Part shown: piece after piece, positions 30,718 to 41,115 of the stretch
Position numbering within the stretch: position 1 is the stretch's first letter
Layout of the letters: every line of letters begins with the position of its first letter
Virus record (IMG/VR): IMGVR_UViG_3300045012_000235
Span: 1-64,000 of that record
DNA length: 64,000 nt
Reading direction: 5' to 3' (one strand)
From: a virus
Notes under the pieces: generated by a model
What the model was told of the DNA's origin: nothing
Seen by the model: the letters and a program-made list of their open reading frames with translations, nothing else
Databases searched by the model: none
Position numbers and translations under genes: made by a program

Positions 30718-31356
30718 ATGACCCCCACTATTGAGCCCGTCCCCGACGCTCTCCTTTTCGATACCGATCAGGTCTGTTCCCTCACCCAACTTCAGGCGCT
30801 CTACGCCGTGGGCTTCCGCGGAGGCATCCGCACCGTCACGTTCAACCAGGCGCCCGACCCGAGCGACGTCACGGCCGAGGAGGTCCAGAACTTCATGACG
30901 GCGGGGCTCGGCCTCATGCTCTACCAGCGCGTCCGAAACCCAGGCTGGCTCCCCTCCGCGACGATGGGTCAGGCCGACGCCAAGGTCTTTCTCGCCAAGG
31001 CTGCAGCGGCCGGCTACCTAGCGGGCGGCAGCGCCTGGGACGACCTCGAAGGGATCGGGGGCAACTTCATGTCCACCATCGCCTACGAGCAGGCGAAGTC
31101 GGCCACCCTACTGACCGTCTACCCACCCGGCGACTACATCGGCTACGACGTACCGCTCAACAGCGACGAACTCTTCCACGACCTGCTTGCGAAGTGCTTC
31201 TGGAAAAGCATCTCGAACGTGCCCGACGTCGCAACGCGCGGCTACGCGCTCTCGCAGGTCGCCGAGAACGTGACCATCGCGGGGGTCGAGGTCGACATCA
31301 GCGTCGCGCGCGCGGACAGGCTCGGGGGGCGCGCGTTTTGGATGCGGAACGCTTAG
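30718..31356 (+). CDS. DUF1906/Rv2525c-like (GH25-like) peptidoglycan hydrolase
   Basis: FDT..L..GF..RT..T.EEV...AGLGLML.Q; DLEG; VDISVA. Confidence 0.7.
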   Translation: MTPTIEPVPDALLFDTDQVCSLTQLQALYAVGFRGGIRTVTFNQAPDPSDVTAEEVQNFMTAGLGLMLYQRVRNPGWLPSATMGQADAKVFLAKAAAAGYLAGGSAWDDLEGIGGNFMSTIAYEQAKSATLLTVYPPGDYIGYDVPLNSDELFHDLLAKCFWKSISNVPDVATRGYALSQVAENVTIAGVEVDISVARADRLGGRAFWMRNA

Positions 31357-31436
31357 AGCAATGGCCGTAGTGGTAACGGCCCCTCGCGAGGACCTCCTAC
31401 GGGTGACAATCGCCCTTTCTTGATCGCGCTCTGCCT

Positions 31437-31800
31437 TGGTGGAGATGCGGGCATCCGAGAGCCAGGTCCGAAAAAGCGTTGCAACCATCTTCTTCACGTG
31501 CGTGGTCGGTCTGAGGCTCCCGACGGCCTTTGCGGTGTTTCGCGTGCGAGCATTCCGCCGCTCGGCCACCCTGAAGTCCTCAGCAACCCGATGGCTGGGC
31601 GCTGTCTGCCTCGTGTACTTACGCCTCCCGAGGTACTCGAGATCCTCCCCCGAGAGACGGACTACGCAGCGACCTTCGCCGTGTGGTCGGTGTTGCCATT
31701 GTCGTTGGCAATCGAACGTTGCTCGCTTGATCAAGAGCGGATCGAGCGCCGCTCGCACGCAGACAGTCGTTCTTCTCCTCCGTCGAATCCTTTCATCCCC
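31437..31800 (-). ncRNA. ssrA: tmRNA (364 nt), tag ANDNGNTDHTAKVAA*
   Basis: 5' GGGGATGAAAGGATTCGAC; 3' TTTCGGAC...CATCTCCACCA; acceptor stem with G3.U; tag ORF 31709-31662. Confidence 0.9.
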
Positions 31801-31801
31801 G

Positions 31802-31829
31802 TATTGATTGTAGCCTACCACAATCAATA
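31802..31829 (-). promoter_or_regulatory. ssrA -10 (TACAAT) overlapped by a 10-bp inverted repeat
   Basis: TATTGATTGT-N8-ACAATCAATA; TACAAT 6 nt upstream of tmRNA G1. Confidence 0.65.
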
Positions 31830-31855
31830 TTCTTCCGTACTTCGAGCGAACCGCG

Positions 31856-32158
31856 CTACTCCTTGCGCTTCTTCCTCGGCATCGGCGTCTTTTTCGCGTT
31901 CGGCGTACCGGGGCTCGTTGTCCGCTCGTCGGTCTCAAGCGGGATCGAACGAGGAATGTCGCCGGCGCGATCGAGGGGAATCTGCCAGTGCGTCTCGAAG
32001 ATCGCCCGCATCGACCCGCATTTTCGGCACCAGAGAAACCGCGATGCTTCAAGGTTGCCGATGGATCCCGTCCGCGTGGCCGCTTCCACACTGCCCGCGG
32101 GACGATGCCAACTCGTGACCCCGCACAAGCATGTGTCGGCAAGAGGGACATCGGGCAT
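31856..32158 (-). CDS. Zn-finger-like hypothetical protein
   Basis: CLCG..H and WCRKCG; basic tail. Confidence 0.55.
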   Translation of the reverse strand: MPDVPLADTCLCGVTSWHRPAGSVEAATRTGSIGNLEASRFLWCRKCGSMRAIFETHWQIPLDRAGDIPRSIPLETDERTTSPGTPNAKKTPMPRKKRKE

Positions 32159-32218
32159 GGCGATCCCAACCTTAGAACCTCTTGACCTCCCGGGCGAGCA
32201 CGGGGCACCCTCGCCGGC

Positions 32219-32932
32219 ATGATAAAAACCGCCCTGCTACTCACACTCACAATTTGCCTCGCGGGTCTCATCGTGATGCCAAAAGTTCACGCCGACTCGC
32301 CCAAGCCTGTCGTCCTGCCCGACATGACGATGGCCTCGACATTGCCCGAACCGGTTGCCCCCGCGCAAGAAGACGCACCCGCGTTCAACCAGGCGACCGT
32401 GGACTATCTGCTCGGCGTGATGAGTGACTGGCCGCCGGCGCTGCAGACGCTGCCCTCGGTCCCGTACCGCGACGTCGCCGAGAGCATCGCGAGCGTGACG
32501 AGCGACCCGAGCGACGCCGTGCTTCTTGCGGCTCTCGGGTACTTCGAAGGAGCTCGCTACGCCCAGTACGTCGATGACGGATCCTGCAACGACGCAAAGT
32601 GGGTGAAGTCATCCGAGGGCGCGAGACTGACGCACTGGGGTACGTGCGACCATCGGGTTGCTCGCTCGATCTGGCAGATTCACCCACAAGACGATCGCGC
32701 CTCGCTGACACACGGGCTCTGCTCGACCGAAGCCATCTCCACGCGCGTCGGTGCGGCTCGCTGCGCGCTCGACATCGCTCATCGCAGCCTCGCGGCGACC
32801 GGCACCCTCTCGTACTACACGGGTGAGTGGGATGGACCGCACCCCAAGGCGGACGAGCGACTCTCGTTCGCAAAACGTGCGCTGAAAAAGCACCCCCCGC
32901 CGAAGGTTGCGCCCGGCACGAACACGCCGTAA
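32219..32932 (+). CDS. Secreted/anchored lysozyme-like (transglycosylase-like) protein
   Basis: N-terminal hydrophobic signal; LAALGYFEG, CD..ARSIWQIH, LSYYTG. Confidence 0.55.
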   Translation: MIKTALLLTLTICLAGLIVMPKVHADSPKPVVLPDMTMASTLPEPVAPAQEDAPAFNQATVDYLLGVMSDWPPALQTLPSVPYRDVAESIASVTSDPSDAVLLAALGYFEGARYAQYVDDGSCNDAKWVKSSEGARLTHWGTCDHRVARSIWQIHPQDDRASLTHGLCSTEAISTRVGAARCALDIAHRSLAATGTLSYYTGEWDGPHPKADERLSFAKRALKKHPPPKVAPGTNTP

Positions 32933-32956
32933 ATTTCAAATCTTCGCGTCATGGTG

Positions 32957-32989
32957 CCCGCCCAGACAATGGTGTCTGGGCGGGTTTTT
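32957..32989 (+). terminator. Rho-independent terminator
   Basis: CCCGCCCAGACA-atgg-TGTCTGGGCGGG followed by TTTTT. Confidence 0.85.
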
Positions 32990-33208
32990 CAGAAGAGCCG
33001 ATGAAACGCTTCCTCGTCAGCCTCCTCATTTTCGCCCTCGCTCCGCTCGTCGGGGCCGGTGTGGCGGTCTTGGTTATCTGGCTCGGGATCCGTTGACGGA
33101 CAGAAGATTCCTTCCGATCTCGTAAAGAGTCTTCTCCTTCCGAGCTCGTACCTACGCGACTTCTCACGGACCGTCCGCTGGCCTCGCTCTTGCGATGTTC
33201 GAGCGAAC

Positions 33209-33508
33209 ATGAAGCGACTGATCGACGATCATCCGTGGGCCTTCGAGGAGGCAGTTCGCCTCGCCGGCCGCAAAGGTGACGAGGCGGCGTTCGCGCGCGA
33301 GCTCGAAGACGCCATGTGGGCCGGAGATTGCGACCGGCTCCACGAGTTGGCTGGCTGCCGATGCTGCTGCTGGGAACACACGTTCGAGGGTTGCCCGGCC
33401 CGCGTGTGGGACGGATGCCGCGGATCGGGGATGACGACGCGCGCGGATCTGGAATCGTGGATGGCGCACTACGAACGGTTCCACGGCTTGCCGCGCGACC
33501 AGTTCTAG
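33209..33508 (+). CDS. Cys-rich hypothetical protein
   Basis: GCRCCCWEHTFEGCPAR.W.GCRG. Confidence 0.6.
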   Translation: MKRLIDDHPWAFEEAVRLAGRKGDEAAFARELEDAMWAGDCDRLHELAGCRCCCWEHTFEGCPARVWDGCRGSGMTTRADLESWMAHYERFHGLPRDQF

Positions 33509-33688
33509 GTGGTAGGCTAACAGCACTCCACCCGATGAGTGCTCGGCCCATCTTGTCGCGCCAACCGTCGTTTCCCTCCCCGCCGGTGAAGCAACCATCG
33601 AGCTTCGGGGCGCTTTCGGGTGGAGTTCTCCGGTGAATCCGATCCGGCTGTTCGTGTGGCTCTTCGTGGCCGTCATGGAGCACGGACG

Positions 33689-34096
33689 ATGAGCGACTAC
33701 GCGTACCTCCTTCGCGGTGGCCGACTCGCGCAAGGGAGCGCACCGTCACCCGATGCGCGCCTTCCATTCGACGTCATCGTGCTCGCAGCGCAGGAGTACC
33801 AGCCCAACCTGCCTGGCTACATCGTGCTGCACGTGCCGCTCGACGACGGACCGCCTCCCGACAAGGTAACGCGCTTTCGCATCCGGAACGCCGCCCAGAA
33901 GGTGGCGGACCACGTTCGACTCCAGAACCGAGTTCTCGTCACCTGCTGGCACGGCCGCAACCGTTCCGGCGTCATCGCGGGCCTGGCGCTCGTCAAGCTA
34001 GGAATACCGAGAGAACTCGCGGTGAGCCGCATCCAGCGGCTCAGAAACGGCCTGAGCAACCCCTACTTTTGCGCGATGGTTCAAGGTACGCTCTAG
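33689..34096 (+). CDS. Dual-specificity/PTP-like phosphatase
   Basis: PLDDG acid loop; VLVTCWHGRNRSG (CX5R). Confidence 0.85.
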   Translation: MSDYAYLLRGGRLAQGSAPSPDARLPFDVIVLAAQEYQPNLPGYIVLHVPLDDGPPPDKVTRFRIRNAAQKVADHVRLQNRVLVTCWHGRNRSGVIAGLALVKLGIPRELAVSRIQRLRNGLSNPYFCAMVQGTL

Positions 34097-34157
34097 AAAC
34101 CGTGAGACCTGCACCGGAGAGGGGGTGGTGTCCTGTCGTCGGTGGAACCACCGTAAC

Positions 34158-35690
34158 ATGAAAAAGATCGCTCTACTCGTACTCACCCTGATCCTCTCCA
34201 CAGCCTGTAGGGGCGGAGCGGGACCAAACTTCCAACCAAGAGCCAGCCCGCCCGTGCCGCTTGGTGGCAACCTCTCGAACACATCGCAGACCGCATACGT
34301 CACCAAGCTCGGAAACCCACCAACTTCGAGCCCGGCCCTCTCAGGGCTCGTGTATCAGCAGATCACGATTACCGCCTCCACGTACACGGTCGATGCTGGG
34401 TCCAACTTTGATTACTTGATATTTACAGACTCCACGAACAACACCATCACGATCACGTTGCCGGCACCAACCGCTGGACGGTTTTTGCAGTTCAAAGACA
34501 AAACGGGACAAGCCGGTACAAACAACGTCACCATCCAACAGCACGCGTCCGAAACCATCGATGGGGCTACGAGCGTCGTCATCGCTCAGGCATACGGTTA
34601 CCTCTCGCTTTATTCGGACGGGACCAATTGGAGCGTCTCGGAGCGCTTCGCGGCATGCCCCGCAGGCAACTCTCCGATTGGAACATGGGTCAACATCACG
34701 CCGCCTTACGTGATCATTCACCCTACGTTCACCGGAGTACTGATCCCTCTCGTCAATCCCCAGAACCCCTCCGAAATTTACGTGACCACCGACAGCGATG
34801 GGGTCTTTCGATCGGAGGATTGCGGCAACACATGGGTTCAAGCCAATACCGGGGTCAACGCGGCTAGCCTCAACTCAGGACGGATCTGGAGCGCCGTCAT
34901 CGATCCGATCAACCCGCAAACAATCTACGCCCTGACCGGCTACGGGGATGGAGGTGTTTGGAAGACGACCAACAGCGGCACCGATTGGGCACAGACGTTT
35001 CCTCCTGGGAGCGACATCGCCGCACAAGCCGGCGGCTTCGTCCACGTCATTCGTATGGACCCAACCAACCATCTTCACATATTGGTCAACTTCCACGGAG
35101 ACTGCAGTCCGCCCTACACGCCTGTCTGTTTTGGAGAAAGCATGGACGGCGGCATCACTTGGAACGTGCTTGATTACCCAACGTCCATAGCCACTGATTG
35201 GTGCGAAGCGTGCAGCATTGATTTCTTGCACAGCAGCGTGTGGCTCAGTGCAGAAGGTATCGGCGGAATCTTCCTAACGACGGACAGCAGCAGTACGTGG
35301 TCCAACGTCACTCCTTCTGGAACGCAAAATTGGAATGTCGCGCTGCCCGTTTTCAAATTGCCCAGCGGCACGTTCTACGTCGGATCGCAGGTGGGCGTCC
35401 TCAGCGGAACCAACAACGGTGAAACGTGGACGCTTCTCCCCAATACGTACAGCTACATCAACCCGGTCATGGGCGACGGGGTTACGCTCTACGGAGCGTC
35501 CTACACCAACACAACCCTTTTTCTCACAGCCGCTTCGTACAGCACACCCACGGTGTGGAACACCATCGCTGCGCCCGGTCTGCCGACCAGTCCTGCGGTT
35601 GGACCCGTTGCGTTTGCCAACGATTTCGCGCACCATCGACTCTACCTGACGCTTCAGACCTCCGGCCTGTGGCAGACGACGACGCGGTAG
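34158..35690 (+). CDS. Lipoprotein: fibre-type domain plus BNR/Asp-box propeller
   Basis: LSTA-C lipobox; TITLPAP..KDK..TIDG..SDGTNW; SEDCGNTW, TTNSGTDW, SMDGGITW Asp-boxes. Confidence 0.8.
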   Translation: MKKIALLVLTLILSTACRGGAGPNFQPRASPPVPLGGNLSNTSQTAYVTKLGNPPTSSPALSGLVYQQITITASTYTVDAGSNFDYLIFTDSTNNTITITLPAPTAGRFLQFKDKTGQAGTNNVTIQQHASETIDGATSVVIAQAYGYLSLYSDGTNWSVSERFAACPAGNSPIGTWVNITPPYVIIHPTFTGVLIPLVNPQNPSEIYVTTDSDGVFRSEDCGNTWVQANTGVNAASLNSGRIWSAVIDPINPQTIYALTGYGDGGVWKTTNSGTDWAQTFPPGSDIAAQAGGFVHVIRMDPTNHLHILVNFHGDCSPPYTPVCFGESMDGGITWNVLDYPTSIATDWCEACSIDFLHSSVWLSAEGIGGIFLTTDSSSTWSNVTPSGTQNWNVALPVFKLPSGTFYVGSQVGVLSGTNNGETWTLLPNTYSYINPVMGDGVTLYGASYTNTTLFLTAASYSTPTVWNTIAAPGLPTSPAVGPVAFANDFAHHRLYLTLQTSGLWQTTTR

Positions 35691-35738
35691 GGACGGGTCT
35701 TTCATGCGATGGTGCGCGGCACACCCTGACCGCGCGGA

Positions 35739-37226
<1,488 letters not shown>

Positions 37227-37231
37227 CCTGC

Positions 37232-37984
37232 ATGACGCCCGAACTTTGGACGCCCCCGCGCAAACTCTGGACGCCTTCTCGGTCCAAACGACGGATCATC
37301 CGAGCCGGGTTCGTCCAAGGCGCTGTCGGTACCGGCTCCGCAGCACCCTCTTCTGTCTCCACCGCCAACTTCGCTGGAGCCAACACTCTCGGAAATTTTA
37401 TCGGCGTCGGCATCTGCTCCACCAACAACAGCGACACCGTCAATTCTGTATCTGACACCGCTGGCAACACCACCTGGACCTTGGCCGGGCATGTTGCCAT
37501 TGGGGGAAACCCAATTTGGCTCTACTACGCGTGGAACATCAAAGCTGCGGGCGCCAACACCAACAAGGTCACAGCCAACGTCACTGCGGGTGGTTTCAGC
37601 AGCTGGGGGATCTTTGCCATCGAAGAAAGTGGTGTGCAGAACACGAGTGACCCGAAGCGCGTGGCCAACACCGCCGGAAATAATTTCGGCTCTTCGACGG
37701 ACCCTACGTGCTCTCTTGCAGGAACCTCCGCAAGCGACACCATCATCGCCGTCGTGTACAACACGAGCACACCCACCGCGGGAAGCCCCCTTGTGCTTCG
37801 CGAACAGGTCGGCACCGTCGCGAGCTTGCCGGTTACCGCAATGATCGAGGACGGCACCCTTGCGGGCGGAACAGTCAACCCGTTCGCCGGACCCGCCACG
37901 ACCATCTGGAACATCGTGGCAGCAGCGTTCATCGCCGCGCCGGCGGCCCCCTCCGGCAACGCCATTTTCTACAATTCCGACTAG
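37232..37984 (+). CDS. Beta-rich structural/adhesin-like protein
   Basis: LWTP x2 N-terminus; SVSDTAGNT.W motif. Confidence 0.7.
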   Translation: MTPELWTPPRKLWTPSRSKRRIIRAGFVQGAVGTGSAAPSSVSTANFAGANTLGNFIGVGICSTNNSDTVNSVSDTAGNTTWTLAGHVAIGGNPIWLYYAWNIKAAGANTNKVTANVTAGGFSSWGIFAIEESGVQNTSDPKRVANTAGNNFGSSTDPTCSLAGTSASDTIIAVVYNTSTPTAGSPLVLREQVGTVASLPVTAMIEDGTLAGGTVNPFAGPATTIWNIVAAAFIAAPAAPSGNAIFYNSD

Positions 37985-38058
37985 AGGAGATCGCGAACGA
38001 GCCAGTCGGCGAGCACCCCGCACAGCACGCCGAGCAAGAGAAAATCCCCGAAGCTCAT

Positions 38059-38409
38059 ATGCACGCCCTCATCATCGACGACAACCCGGACGACCGGGAC
38101 ATGCTTCAGCGAGCGCTCGAAATGCGCGGCCACACGTCGTGCTGGGCGTCCAACGGGCGCGCGGGCCTGGACATGATGCGTCTCGAGCCGGTGGACATCG
38201 TCCTACTCGACCTCGACCTCGGGCCGGGTCTCAGCGGCTTCGATCTGCTCCACCGTCGAGGCGCCGATCCCTTGCTCCGGCGTATCCCCGTCGTCGTGAT
38301 GACCGGCATGCCCAGGGACCGCGTGCTCTCGCTCGTTCTCGAGGACGTCACCTTCATGACCAAGCCCGTTGACCTCGACACGCTGATGGAGAAGATCCAG
38401 AGGCGCTGA
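38059..38409 (+). CDS. Single-domain response regulator (receiver)
   Basis: LIIDD, VLLD, SGFDLL, IPVVVMTG, TKP. Confidence 0.9.
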   Translation: MHALIIDDNPDDRDMLQRALEMRGHTSCWASNGRAGLDMMRLEPVDIVLLDLDLGPGLSGFDLLHRRGADPLLRRIPVVVMTGMPRDRVLSLVLEDVTFMTKPVDLDTLMEKIQRR

Positions 38410-38532
38410 CTGCGGCCGGCGTTTCTCGTCCGCACGAAGCTGCTGTTCGCACCCCACGCAAGCGCGCGTCCCGTTGACGGGTCGAAGCCGATGGCACCGG
38501 CGGCAGATCGAGCGGGCTTTCATGGGCGCATC

Positions 38533-38862
38533 CTACACCACTTCCGGCACCACGCCGTCCGACCGCATCCGCGCCCAGCGGGTCGACGCCCAATCGGGCG
38601 CCGGAATCGACTGGCCGGCCTTGTCGTGCGTGCAGTCGGCGCAATAGTTCCAGACACCCTCGGTCAAGATGGAATGGCAGCGCGGGCTGCCCGGCGACTC
38701 GTGCGCGAGCATGCTGCCGTCGAACGACGGCGCTTCATGCGTGCCGCTCATCGTCCAGCGGCTATCAAACGTGTGCGGCTCGTCGCAGACAGGACACCAG
38801 ACGAGCCACGCGTAGTGACCCTTCTCGTCGAAAGTCAGGAGCTCAAACGTCTTGATACCCAT
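38533..38862 (-). CDS. DUF6527-like Cys/His protein
   Basis: CPVCDEPH..W..G..PSF.GS..RCHS..G...YCADCTH. Confidence 0.7.
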   Translation of the reverse strand: MGIKTFELLTFDEKGHYAWLVWCPVCDEPHTFDSRWTMSGTHEAPSFDGSMLAHESPGSPRCHSILTEGVWNYCADCTHDKAGQSIPAPDWASTRWARMRSDGVVPEVV

Positions 38863-38918
38863 CCTGTCAGATTAGCGAGTCGCCAAGACCTCCGCGAGAA
38901 CCCCGTTTTCGGTCCCAG

Positions 38919-39263
38919 TCAAGGTGCCTCCGTAGTCCACCGCTCCCCCTCCGGCACCCCGACGATCACGGGCGTCTCGTGCCAGAGACCCGGCCCGACG
39001 TCGATCGACGGCGAGATGTGCCAGTCGGTCGCCGAGGCGCGGGTGAGCCCCCACGTGCGCCGGCCGCTCGGACCTGTTTCCAAAAAAGGGCCGTTGGGGT
39101 TGACCGGCACGCCCACGTAGAACGTTTCGCCGATCGCTTGACGGACGAGGGCCCATAGCTGCCACCACCGCGCGCCCTCGGGAGCGCGTGCGCTGCGGAT
39201 CGTGCACTCGTTGAGCGCGAGGTCGCCGATACATAAGACGGCGCGGTAGACAAGGATGCTCAC
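38919..39263 (-). CDS. Hypothetical protein, distantly DUF6527-like
   Basis: TWG...ISPSI....WH. Confidence 0.5.
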   Translation of the reverse strand: MSILVYRAVLCIGDLALNECTIRSARAPEGARWWQLWALVRQAIGETFYVGVPVNPNGPFLETGPSGRRTWGLTRASATDWHISPSIDVGPGLWHETPVIVGVPEGERWTTEAP

Positions 39264-39327
39264 GGGATAAGCTTGCCAGGCAGAGGTGAGCCGTGCGAGG
39301 ATGCTCCTCGACAAGATAGGAGTGTCC

Positions 39328-39723
39328 ATGACCGCTCGGAAACGAGTTGTCGAAGCCACGCGCAGGCGAACCGCACCGACGGTGCAGGAGATTCGTGTGC
39401 GCGTCATGCACGACGAAGAACCGGACACCTCGTACCTGGATCAGGACGAGTTCGCGGACCGGCGCGCAGAGTACGAGAACGGCGACTTCACGTTCGTCGG
39501 CGTGCGCGCGGAAGCGGAAGTCGTCATCGAAGGTGTTGTTCAAACGCTCACGAGCGGCGGCATGTGGGGCGTAGAGAGCGACTCGAAGGAGTACATCGAA
39601 GAAGTCGCAGTCGAGGAATACGCCGCTCTCAGGGAAATTCTGACGTCGATTGGGGTGTCGACGTCGCAGGTGCCGGTCGGCGACAAGAAAATGATTCAAC
39701 CGCTCATTTCATGGGAGGCGTGA
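39328..39723 (+). CDS. Acidic hypothetical protein
   Basis: AGGAG RBS; GVRAEAEV..SGGMWGVESD. Confidence 0.75.
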   Translation: MTARKRVVEATRRRTAPTVQEIRVRVMHDEEPDTSYLDQDEFADRRAEYENGDFTFVGVRAEAEVVIEGVVQTLTSGGMWGVESDSKEYIEEVAVEEYAALREILTSIGVSTSQVPVGDKKMIQPLISWEA

Positions 39724-40142
39724 TGGGATTCTCAGCAGCAGAGGACGGGATTCGATCGTACGGGCCGGGCAAGTTCTACACGGTGCTCGACAGCTACACC
39801 TACGAGATGACGGGCAACGGCGGCGCCGACGAGGAAGCGACCTACGGCGAGGGCAATGGCTGGTACGGCCTCGTGTGGATCGACAAGGGCACGCAGGACG
39901 CCATCCGTGAGGTCGCAAAAGAGAACGAGGACGAACTCACCGAAGAGGAAGAGGATCTCCTCAAGAGCAGCAAGGCCGTCATCCTCTTCGAACGATCGGA
40001 CGGTATCGTCGAAGCCGACTGGTTCGACACCAAGAAGGAAGCCGAGAAAGCGTGGGCAAACGTCCTCGTCGATACCGAAGAGGGCGAAGAGGAAGAAGAC
40101 GAGGACGAGGACGAAGACGAGGAAGAAGAAGAGGCTGACTGA
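39723..40142 (+). CDS. Highly acidic protein
   Basis: TGATG coupling; poly-E/D tail. Confidence 0.75.
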   Translation: MGFSAAEDGIRSYGPGKFYTVLDSYTYEMTGNGGADEEATYGEGNGWYGLVWIDKGTQDAIREVAKENEDELTEEEEDLLKSSKAVILFERSDGIVEADWFDTKKEAEKAWANVLVDTEEGEEEEDEDEDEDEEEEEAD

Positions 40143-40849
40143 TGGCTCGACGACAAATGCGTGAGGCGGTCGACTTCGACGACGAGGACGCCGTGCTCGC
40201 CGACATGGGCGAAGCCCTCGACATCGACCCCGACGAGCTCAAAATCGAAGAAAGCCGTCTAAGCGACTTCGGCGGCGCCGGTACGGTCTACCGCATCTAC
40301 TTCAAAGGAAGCCGCACCGGCAGCAAGGAGTGGCACGTCGTCGCCGATGAAGACGCGGAGCGCGAACTGGCTCTCGCAATCGTCAAGCAAGACCTCGACG
40401 ACCAGCCCGAGATTTTCAACCAGGACTTCATCGAGTCGCACATCGATCTGGACCGCCTGCGCCGCGATCTCGAGAGCGACGTGCAGAACAGCAACGAGGA
40501 GCGGTTGCGTGACGAGCGGCCGAGCGACTTCTGGAAGGAGTACGAGCGTGCGGGGTTCGACGCGCCCGAAGAGGACGAGGACGGAGAACGTGAGGACCCG
40601 GACGACTCGCACATCGAGGAGCTCGCCCAGAGCCTGACCGAAGACGAACTCAAGGACCCCATGAGCTATCTCGAAGACATCTACGGCAAGGAAGACGCCG
40701 TCAAGCAGGCCATCGAGATCGCCGGGCTCGACATCGACGCCGCCGCGGAGGACGCCGTCGACACCGACGGTCCGGCGCACTTCCTGTCGTCGTACGACGG
40801 CAATTCGTACACGACCAAGAGTGGGTTGGTTTATTGGAGGACAAACTGA
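40142..40849 (+). CDS. Highly acidic protein
   Basis: D/E-rich; DG.AHFLSSYDG motif. Confidence 0.8.
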   Translation: MARRQMREAVDFDDEDAVLADMGEALDIDPDELKIEESRLSDFGGAGTVYRIYFKGSRTGSKEWHVVADEDAERELALAIVKQDLDDQPEIFNQDFIESHIDLDRLRRDLESDVQNSNEERLRDERPSDFWKEYERAGFDAPEEDEDGEREDPDDSHIEELAQSLTEDELKDPMSYLEDIYGKEDAVKQAIEIAGLDIDAAAEDAVDTDGPAHFLSSYDGNSYTTKSGLVYWRTN

Positions 40850-41115
40850 TGGCTCGGCACAAGGACGTCGAGTTCGCGGTCGACGACGCCAGCGGTGACG
40901 AGTGCGTCTTCAAGAGCTGGGACGAGGCCGCCGGGTTCGCGCTCAGCATCGCGGCATCCGGTCATGAGGCGCACATCGACGTCCTCATCTGGAGCAAGGC
41001 CGGCGCCCGAGCGTGGGGCGGAGACGACGCCGTCGAGCAGTACAACGAGGACCCCGAGGCGAGCGTATTTGAACGCTTCGAGGTCAATGTCAATGCGGTG
41101 GGAAGGATACCCTAA
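40849..41115 (+). CDS. Acidic hypothetical protein
   Basis: TGATG coupling. Confidence 0.7.
   Translation: MARHKDVEFAVDDASGDECVFKSWDEAAGFALSIAASGHEAHIDVLIWSKAGARAWGGDDAVEQYNEDPEASVFERFEVNVNAVGRIP

Noticed and set aside
31437-31460. ssrA 3' end as a prophage attachment site
   Set aside because: Same fibre family on both sides; no integrase or duplicated 3' fragment seen
31108-32271. 387-aa minus ORF and plus ORFs 31420-32118 and 31436-31807
   Set aside because: Arg-rich, non-protein-like; region better explained by the tmRNA and the 31856 gene
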